A stretch of DNA of 64,000 bases from Naegleria gruberi (taxonomy: Eukaryota), in assembly GCA_000004985.1 (NCBI GenBank), contig GG738927.1; one strand, 5' to 3'. Positions 55,863-64,000 of this stretch are shown piece by piece (within the stretch, counting starts at the first letter, position 1; every line of letters begins with the position of its first letter). Both the position numbers and the translations under genes were made by a program. The notes beneath the pieces are model-generated. The model did no database searches, was not told the origin of the DNA, and was given only the letters and a program-made list of their open reading frames with translations.

Positions 55863-57129
55863 NNNNNNNNNNNNNNNNNNNNNNNNNNNNNNNNNNNNNN
55901 NNNNNNNNNNNNNNNNNNNNNNNNNNNNNNNNNNNNNNNNNNNNNNNNNNNNNNNNNNNNNNNNNNNNNNNNNNNNNNNNNNNNNNNNNNNNNNNNNNNN
56001 NNNNNNNNNNNNNNNNNNNNNNNNNNNNNNNNNNNNNNNNNNNNNNNNNNNNNNNNNNNNNNNNNNNNNNNNNNNNNNNNNNNNNNNNNNNNNNNNNNNN
56101 NNNNNNNNNNNNNNNNNNNNNNNNNNNNNNNNNNNNNNNNNNNNNNNNNNNNNNNNNNNNNNNNNNNNNNNNNNNNNNNNNNNNNNNNNNNNNNNNNNNN
56201 NNNNNNNNNNNNNNNNNNNNNNNNNNNNNNNNNNNNNNNNNNNNNNNNNNNNNNNNNNNNNNNNNNNNNNNNNNNNNNNNNNNNNNNNNNNNNNNNNNNN
56301 NNNNNNNNNNNNNNNNNNNNNNNNNNNNNNNNNNNNNNNNNNNNNNNNNNNNNNNNNNNNNNNNNNNNNNNNNNNNNNNNNNNNNNNNNNNNNNNNNNNN
56401 NNNNNNNNNNNNNNNNNNNNNNNNNNNNNNNNNNNNNNNNNNNNNNNNNNNNNNNNNNNNNNNNNNNNNNNNNNNNNNNNNNNNNNNNNNNNNNNNNNNN
56501 NNNNNNNNNNNNNNNNNNNNNNNNNNNNNNNNNNNNNNNNNNNNNNNNNNNNNNNNNNNNNNNNNNNNNNNNNNNNNNNNNNNNNNNNNNNNNNNNNNNN
56601 NNNNNNNNNNNNNNNNNNNNNNNNNNNNNNNNNNNNNNNNNNNNNNNNNNNNNNNNNNNNNNNNNNNNNNNNNNNNNNNNNNNNNNNNNNNNNNNNNNNN
56701 NNNNNNNNNNNNNNNNNNNNNNNNNNNNNNNNNNNNNNNNNNNNNNNNNNNNNNNNNNNNNNNNNNNNNNNNNNNNNNNNNNNNNNNNNNNNNNNNNNNN
56801 NNNNNNNNNNNNNNNNNNNNNNNNNNNNNNNNNNNNNNNNNNNNNNNNNNNNNNNNNNNNNNNNNNNNNNNNNNNNNNNNNNNNNNNNNNNNNNNNNNNN
56901 NNNNNNNNNNNNNNNNNNNNNNNNNNNNNNNNNNNNNNNNNNNNNNNNNNNNNNNNNNNNNNNNNNNNNNNNNNNNNNNNNNNNNNNNNNNNNNNNNNNN
57001 NNNNNNNNNNNNNNNNNNNNNNNNNNNNNNNNNNNNNNNNNNNNNNNNNNNNNNNNNNNNNNNNNNNNNNNNNNNNNNNNNNNNNNNNNNNNNNNNNNNN
57101 NNNNNNNNNNNNNNNNNNNNNNNNNNNNN
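55863..57129. other. Assembly gap (1267 N)
   Basis: Run of N. Confidence 1.
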
Positions 57130-57335
57130 ATATCATGCTCCTGTAAAAAGATTGTAACCATATTTCTGGAAAACTTATTGAGCGAGCTCATGACTAGTAA
57201 TTGCTTTGTTTGGAGGAATGACATGATATGACTCCAATTATCTTCATTCAACAAACGAAAGTGGAATAATGGTATAGATTTGTAAGGGTTGATCAATTTG
57301 GCTTTGGTTATATCTAAATCCCTCTCTTTGAACAT
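57130..57335 (-). CDS. N-terminal fragment of an F-box-like protein continuing into the N-gap
   Basis: MFKERDLDI...LNEDNWSHIMSFLQTKQLLVMSSLNKFSRNM resembles an F-box. The ORF runs into N's. Confidence 0.3.
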
Positions 57336-57344
57336 TCCTAATCT

Positions 57345-57766
57345 ACCATATAGACAGTTGTAGGTAGATAAAATTTTGTCCCCAAAAAATTTTTGGCCAA
57401 GTCGAAACTCCAGCCATTTTTCAACGCGATTTTAAAAAATGTTACAAGTCGAGAATAAACCGTTACATTAGTTGGCGCCATAAAAGAAGACGTTACACTT
57501 TCATCAAAATAAACTTTAATTTCATCAAACAAAAAAACCAAACTACTTCAACAATGAAGTACCTCTCTTCACTTTTTGGTTGCTTTCCAACACAGGATTT
57601 CACTATTGGTGCAACAACAACAACATCTTGAGAAATAACATTGTCCTCCAACAATTTTCTTCATGTCCCGTTTTTGTTGTCCCCAAGCCAAGCCTTTTAG
57701 ACTTGTAAAAAAATATTGGTCAGAGCAACAAATGTCCATTACCTACAACTGTCTATACCATACGTT
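57345..57766. mobile_element. Candidate MITE-like element. 18-bp perfect terminal inverted repeats (tatagacagttgtaggta / tacctacaactgtctata) flank an internal segment of about 370 bp
   Basis: Plus 57349-57366 tatagacagttgtaggta. Plus 57741-57758 is the exact reverse complement. Lies between the TPR and F-box genes. Confidence 0.3.
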
Positions 57767-58734
57767 GATGCTCTCATTATTAAATTTTGATATCTCTGTT
57801 CAGTAACTGGCATTAATGATATCGATTTTGAAAAGTCTTGAATAGCTCCTTTCCAATCACCTAGATAATATTTACCAAGTCCTCTATTGTAATACGATGA
57901 TGCAACTAATTCTGAATTATTTTCTTCTCCCAAAGTGATGGCCTTATTTAAATAAATGATAGAATCAGAATAGAATGTTTCAAGGTAATAAGAAAGACCT
58001 GCTCTTATGTACAATTCTTCAAGTGTAACAAAACTTGATCGTTTCGACTCAATATTTGAACTACCATTCCAATTAAAGTACTTAGCAAGTCTTTTCCTCA
58101 TTCCCTTCTCCTCCATAGATTTCTTTTCTTCCATTTGCACAAGAAAGAAAGGCTCCTCCAGCTTGATCAACTTCTTTTCCAAATCTTCCTTTCCCACTTT
58201 CAACACTTGTTCCACCTCTTCACGATGCTTGATTGCATTCCTAAAGTGTTGAACTGCCTCACTAAACTCTCCCAATCCATCACAACAAAGACCCATCAAA
58301 TATTCAGACAAATAACTGTATGAGCTAGGACATGATACTTCTTCACTTGTTCCACTAATTGGTTCAAAATTTAATATCTTAATAACATGTATCAAATCTT
58401 GTTTTGCAAACTTCCACTCTTTTGTTTGTAATCTTGCAATACATCTCTGAGTCAATAATTTTCTCAATTCGTTCCTTTCCGATGAATTTAAAATATGAAA
58501 ATTTTCTATCAATTCTTGAATTTCCGAATAATTGTCTTGCAATTCGTGTGTTTGCTCTTTCGTATAATTCTTTCTATTAATCAATTCATAAATTCGTAAA
58601 TTATTAGCCCGAATCGCTTCATCCCAAGATCGTAAATTATCCCCTACAAAATCATAGACAATTTCAAAGGGAAGGAGCAGGGTAGGTTGGTAGCACATTT
58701 TTTTTAATTGTAAAATTGTTTCAAAGTTCACCAA
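57739..58734 (-). CDS. TPR-repeat protein
   Basis: 331 aa. TPR-like helices, for example SYYNRGLGKYYLGDWKGAIQDFSKSISL and AVQHFRNAIKHRE. Confidence 0.5.
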   Translation of the reverse strand: MVNFETILQLKKMCYQPTLLLPFEIVYDFVGDNLRSWDEAIRANNLRIYELINRKNYTKEQTHELQDNYSEIQELIENFHILNSSERNELRKLLTQRCIARLQTKEWKFAKQDLIHVIKILNFEPISGTSEEVSCPSSYSYLSEYLMGLCCDGLGEFSEAVQHFRNAIKHREEVEQVLKVGKEDLEKKLIKLEEPFFLVQMEEKKSMEEKGMRKRLAKYFNWNGSSNIESKRSSFVTLEELYIRAGLSYYLETFYSDSIIYLNKAITLGEENNSELVASSYYNRGLGKYYLGDWKGAIQDFSKSISLMPVTEQRYQNLIMRASTYGIDSCR

Positions 58735-59072
58735 ATCAAAATATACCTTTACTCATCATTGGAATTTGATACATCTAGCAGTGGTGATGATTTTAGTGAA
58801 ATATTGAATTTGAAATTGTTGTCCTTCCTCTTTACAATCAGTCAACCTATCAAAATTTTTCTTCATTATGGAAATTAATAATCTGCTCAAGAGTTTGCAG
58901 AAAAGATCTGATTAAGCAAGAAAACACGTGTTTTTCATTACAACCATCTTTCCAACCAACCAAGAACGATCAAATTCAATAAATTGAAATTCAAATAGAA
59001 ATCATTGAAACTTTAAAAACCTCAAACAAAAAAAAATGCAACAACACAATACTAACAATCACTCCGGAAAAC

Positions 59073-60138
59073 TTGGAAACGAATCATACAATTGATGAAT
59101 ATATTCCTCATCAGAGTGTCTCCTCGGAACCTCTTTGGTTGAGAGAATTACAAACCTTGGAACCTGTAAAAATTCAAATTGAACATTTTGTTGATGTTCA
59201 TCATTTGCGAATTGTTGTTATTTCGGATACTCATGGATTTCATCGTTACTTGAAATTTCCTCCTTGTCCCGAGGGGAAGAAGATGATTTTAATTCATTGT
59301 GGTGATATGACAGAGCATGGAACTATGGATGAGTTGAGGAAATTTAATGAATGGTTGGGACACATTCGAGTTAATTTCTCTCAGATTTTTGTATTGCTGT
59401 AGGTTAAATTAATTATTAGGTATTTATTCTAATAATATATTATTGATCCGATTTATTTTAAATAATTTATTGATCGGAATAATAGGAATCATGAAACTGA
59501 ATTTTCAAAATTTACTAAGCAAGGTTTGTTTGAAATCTATTGNNNNNNNNNNNNNNNNNNNNNNNNNNNNNNNNNNNNNNNNNNNNNNNNNNNNNNNNNN
59601 NNNNNNNNNNNNNNNNNNNNNNNNNNNNNNNNNNNNNNNNNNNNNNNNNNNNNNNNNNNNNNNNNNNNNNNNNNNNNNNNNNNNNNNNNNNNNNNNNNNN
59701 NNNNNNNNNNNNNNNNNNNNNNNNNNNNNNNNNNNNNNNNNNNNNNNNNNNNNNNNNNNNNNNNNNNNNNNNNNNNNNNNNNNNNNNNNNNNNNNNNNNN
59801 NNNNNNNNNNNNNNNNNNNNNNNNNNNNNNNNNNNNNNNNNNNNNNNNNNNNNNNNNNNNNNNNNNNNNNNNNNNNNNNNNNNNNNNNNNNNNNNNNNNN
59901 NNNNNNNNNNNNNNNNNNNNAATTATTGGATTTACACAAGCTCAAAATTCATCTCTTTGGACACATTCACTCAAAAAATGGTTATGAATTTTTGAGAAGA
60001 TCATACGTGTTGGAAGCTGCTAAAAAAGAAAAAGATGATAGCACGAAACAGTTGAAAACTGAACAAAGTAATGATGATATTCTATTTATTAATGCAGCAA
60101 ATTCACACAAATTCCAGCCATTCTACTTTGATTTGTAA
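59073..60138 (+). CDS. Calcineurin-like metallophosphoesterase (MPP superfamily); split by an intron and a 378-N gap
   Basis: Motifs VISDTHG (GDxHG), IHCGDMTEHG (GDxxDRG-like) and, after the gap, HLFGHIH (GH/GHxH). The exon boundary near 59391 is unresolved. Confidence 0.5.
59543..59920. other. Assembly gap (378 N)
   Basis: Run of N. Confidence 1.
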
Positions 60139-62211
60139 TGTATCGATTCTAACTCAATACTAACTTGATGGAAATCAACAACTAAAAAATGGCAAGTTGA
60201 ATTATTTTGAAAATTCGAAAGGTTCTCTTGTAAAGGTTGCTTATTTTTGTGTAGAGCTCAGAATCCTTTTACCAGAATTCAAATTTTTAAAATTTAAGGA
60301 ATTTAATGTGGTGAAAGAGAATTTCAAAGTAGAGTTATTTAGAATAGAACCATTCCACTATTACAAGATTCATTTTTCTAATCGAATTCCAGCCAATTAC
60401 TGACCTACTATTAAGCACATTAAAATCTCAATTTGATCATTCTTTATTACAATTATCAGAGATATCAAAGTAATAAACATCTTAATTTTAATGTGCAATT
60501 ATCATCGCAAATATGGTGTAGGTGATGTGAAATTTAATGCCTGATCAGTATCTTCGCAGATCTTCCACTTTCCCTCAATATACATTGTTGTTTTGTTGGC
60601 AGTAGTAAGGTGCAAAATCAATTCTTTGTCCTCAATTTGACATCCTCAATTTCCTTGCAGACTGTAACTCCAATAATTTCCTTCACCAATTCCTCTTCCT
60701 CCTCTCCAATTGCAATCAATTTGTGGGTTGTTGAAACCCAATTGGGTTTCAGAAAGTTTTTGAATTGTTGTTTTCTTTGGTTTCTAACAATATTAGTGTG
60801 AAGTTCAATTAGAAAACTTTTTGCCATATTTGGGATCTGGACTTTTATTGTCTGAAAACAGGCTAGATGTGTTCTATATTCAATAATCTATATGAAAAAA
60901 AGAAGAAATAAAATTAACTAACCAATCCAAGAATTATATACAAGAATGATTGCAGAATCCTCTTTTTCAAATATTATTATAACTTGTACTGAAATACCTT
61001 CTCTTAATATTGATAGACGTGGAACTGATAATTTTATAACTGTTTATGGTTTTGGTCCAAAACATGTCAGTAGTGGTACTGTTATTGCAAGAGATATTTC
61101 TAAAGGTTATGAAATTTTTAATGCAAATAGAATTTATGATTTATTGTAAATACAAAATGAAGAAAATCAATAAAACTATTAAATAAATATTTTGTGAAAT
61201 TGTTATGGCTGATGAAACACTTCTAGTACTTCCCAATCTATTAATTGAATTGCTTACGGGAGGAAAAAAAAAACTACTTTCATCGAGATTAACTTTTCTG
61301 GGGTTGGGGTTGGGTATGGCGAAAACCTAATCACATAAAACGAACGGCTAATATTGGCTATCCAGTTCTTATATATGTATTATTAAATACATTAATATAT
61401 CTATTCTGTAATACACGTGAAAAAACTCCCCGTAGTTATTGAGATAATCAAAAATGGTCAACTCAAAAATGCCTAGTATATCTATTATCTCTGCGACGAG
61501 AACGTTCCGGGTTATGATTTACTCAAATATCAATCTATATGAGTTTTGGAAGAAATGATAGAAAATACTAATTTTTTTAATTCGCCGTTCCCGAGATAAT
61601 TGAGTCCTAAAGTGACCCCATGGGTTGAACCTACCTTGGGTCTGACAAAGTTGAAAATTGCCAAGTTGGGCCAGAATGAAACTTTTGATATATTGTAGAT
61701 ATATAGATGAATAGATGATGATATGAATTAATCTTGTTGAATCAGTGTATTTAATAAATTACAACTTGTCTAAAAACTAACTTTTCAACATTTATTGTAC
61801 TACTATATGAATGTTATTTTAATCATCACCAATCTCATATATATGATGTATAATGATGACATCTACCTTTTAGAAGTGTTGGAAGTATAATATATAATAT
61901 CCTTAGTATACTGTACTCATTCTACCTTAATTGACCAAGATATTGAGCCATACTATGGAAATACTATAACATTCAATCAAACTCATTATTATAGTAGAAA
62001 ATATCAATTATAATCATATATAATTGAAATAATCATTATTGGATCCACATACAGACTGTAGGAAGTCAACTTGTGTGAAAATGATAATATCGGTTATTGA
62101 AGGATGAATATCTTACATGACTTAATTCCACTCATGTATACATGTCTAATTATCATGTTTTATGATATATAATTGAAATAATTGAAATCTATCATATATA
62201 TAGGGAGATAA

Positions 62212-62643
62212 CCAATTAGGATGAAAGTAGCGGAAGTTACGCTCACTTTTTACCAGGTAAACACTTTCAATAGGGACCTATATATTTTATTTGATAATAT
62301 CGTATATCTATGCATTTTATCGATAAATAATTGGTTTCATGATTTTATATTCTATATTTCCAATTTGGGAAATGTTGCAATGTCTAATCTCAATTGAAAT
62401 ATTGTCATAATACCAGTTATTGATTATATATCATGAAACTGATATTATAGACTCTATTTGATGTATATATGAATATATGAGTGAAATATTACAATTTTGA
62501 TATTTCTTAATGACATGGGTAGTTCACTAAGGTAGTGACTTTGCCCTATGATAACTATCTAAGATGATATTGAAATCATTCTAAAATTGATTCTATGGCA
62601 GTATTTGATGATTATTACACGATAATATTGAATTGGTATTGAT
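62212..62643. repeat. Repeat unit of about 430 bp, copy 1 (AT-rich; starts accaattaggatgaaagtag...)
   Basis: About 93% identical to 62854..63289 by direct reading. Confidence 0.8.
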
Positions 62644-62803
62644 TCTTGCTTGGGTTTGGGTTTGGGTTTGGGTTTGGGTTTGGGTTTGGGGTTGGGTTTG
62701 GGTTCGGGTTTGGGTTTGGGTTTGGGTTTGGGTTTGGGTTTGGGTTTGGGTTTGGGTTTGGGTTTGGGTTTGGGTTTGGGTTTGGGTTGGGTTTGGGTTG
62801 GGT
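62644..62803. repeat. (GGGTTT)n hexamer array of at least 26 units, running into a 50-N gap
   Basis: Perfect GGGTTT repeats with a few GGGGTT/GGTTC variants. G-rich strand 5'→3' on the + strand. Confidence 0.9.
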
Positions 62804-62853
62804 NNNNNNNNNNNNNNNNNNNNNNNNNNNNNNNNNNNNNNNNNNNNNNNNNN
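62804..62853. other. Scaffold gap (50 N) directly after the (GGGTTT)n array
   Basis: Run of exactly 50 N. Confidence 1.
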
Positions 62854-63289
62854 ACCAATTAGGATGAAAGTAGGGGAAATTACGCTCACAATTTACCAGA
62901 TAAACATTTTCAATAGGGACCTATATATTTTATTTGATAATATCGTATATCTATGTATTTTATCGACATATAATTGGTTTCATGATTTTATTTTCTATAT
63001 TTCCCATTTGGGAAATGTTGCAATGTCTAATCTCAATTGAAATATGGCCATGATATCAATTATTGATTATATATCATGAAACTGATATTATAGACTCTAA
63101 TTGATGTTAATATGAATATATGATTGAAATATTTGATTTTTGACATTTCTTAATGACAAGGATAGTTCACTAAGGTAGTAACTTTGCCATATGATAACTA
63201 TCTAAGATAATATTGAAATCATTCTAAAATTGATTCGATGAGAGTATTTGATGATTATAACATGATATTATTGAATTGGTATTGATTCT
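62854..63289. repeat. Repeat unit of about 430 bp, copy 2
   Basis: Begins accaattaggatgaaagtagg immediately after the gap. Diverges from copy 1 at ...attgattctt|accatttatgac. Confidence 0.8.
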
Positions 63290-64000
63290 TACCATTTATG
63301 ACATGTAGGAATGTTACCTTTGATCAATTGGACCAGTAACTTGACAGATATCCCATTTATATAGATATTGATTTATATCACTCAGAAACGTTACCAATAT
63401 CATTTGTAAGAGTAGTGGTATGATATTCTATCTTTTTGCACATCTTGATATTGACTTGTCATATTGTCATGACTAGTTACCAACATGGCTAAATGACATG
63501 AATACTGAATGATGTCCAAATGATACGAAATTGATAGAAACCTCATTATATGATGTTAATAACATATTGTATCAATTTGGTAAAGAATCTCATTATCCTT
63601 AGGGTACTTCCCTATTGAGGTACCTTAATTGACTATCTCAATATTTACAATGAGATATGATATTTATTTCAATTGTATCATGTTATATATGTTATATGAA
63701 GCAGTTTGATACTAGTTTTGATATATAAATATGATTAATTAGATATTATATATAGCAACTCTTAGTTTTACAATGTTGACTTTGAAATTCCCTAATTGTC
63801 CATATATATATGACCAATTGATGAAACTAATATCAATCGGCTAGATTTTCAATTATGAACACAATGGTATCAATAGTTATATGATTCATGATTGTTTAAA
63901 ATTGACTTGGTCAACTAAGGATAGGTCATTAAGGGTTGAATGAATTGATATGAAATTCAATACCAATTATTGATATACCATGATTAATTGATCTATATAT

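Noticed and set aside
55769-57335. Long ORFs translated as runs of X across 55863-57129
   Set aside because: Artefacts of translating the N-gap; only the flanking real sequence was considered.
59505-59995. X-filled ORFs across the 378-N gap
   Set aside because: Gap artefacts.
60520-60900. Possible small minus-strand gene (MAKSFLIELHTNIVRNQRKQQFKNF… then LILHLTTANKTTMYIEGKWKICEDTDQ in another frame)
   Set aside because: Needs a frameshift or intron that I could not place convincingly; no recognisable domain. Left unannotated.
62559-63040. ORFs encoding poly-(PK), poly-(TQ), poly-(GL/GF) and poly-(WV) across the GGGTTT array
   Set aside because: Translation of a hexamer microsatellite in six frames; not coding.
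1-64000. Prokaryotic-type features (CRISPR arrays, operons, RBS, rho-independent terminators)
   Set aside because: The sequence is clearly eukaryotic (spliceosomal introns, N-gaps of scaffolded assembly, eukaryotic protein families). No direct-repeat/spacer architecture is present.

Overview
This is an AT-rich, gene-dense eukaryotic (protist-like) nuclear window, probably from an amoebozoan or dictyostelid-like organism. Evidence for that: A-rich context before ATG starts, GTAAGT/GTATGT donors with very short introns (about 35-82 nt), Q/N/S homopolymer tracts, and Gα, RGS and ERCC1 genes. The provided ORF track starts many ORFs at TTG or GTG printed as M, and several adjacent same-strand ORFs are exons of one gene joined by short introns that I reconstructed by frame. 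About 30 protein-coding genes are supportable. The most notable ones are listed here.
- A GRF-zinc-finger / UvrD-like SF1 helicase / PARP-catalytic-domain fusion.
- A giant multi-exon protein whose first residues copy the histone H3 tail (MARTKQTARK) ahead of two BTB/T1 domains.
- Two receptor-like proteins built as ectodomain-TM-HAMP with different outputs (an RGS domain versus a degenerate cyclase-homology domain).
- Two divergent Gα-like proteins lacking the catalytic Gln.
- ERCC1.
- An NHL-EGF-GPS single-pass membrane protein.
- A DUF4116-like repeat giant.
- A SAPS protein, an SDR epimerase, a saccharopine-dehydrogenase-like enzyme, a PQ-loop transporter, a metallophosphoesterase, and F-box, TPR and HEAT proteins.
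The right end (about 61.2-64 kb) is a gene-free repeat region with a duplicated 430-bp unit flanking a (GGGTTT)n array and a 50-N scaffold gap. Four N-gaps are present, one with a duplicated (haplotype-like) exon copy. No rRNA, tRNA or CRISPR features were found.
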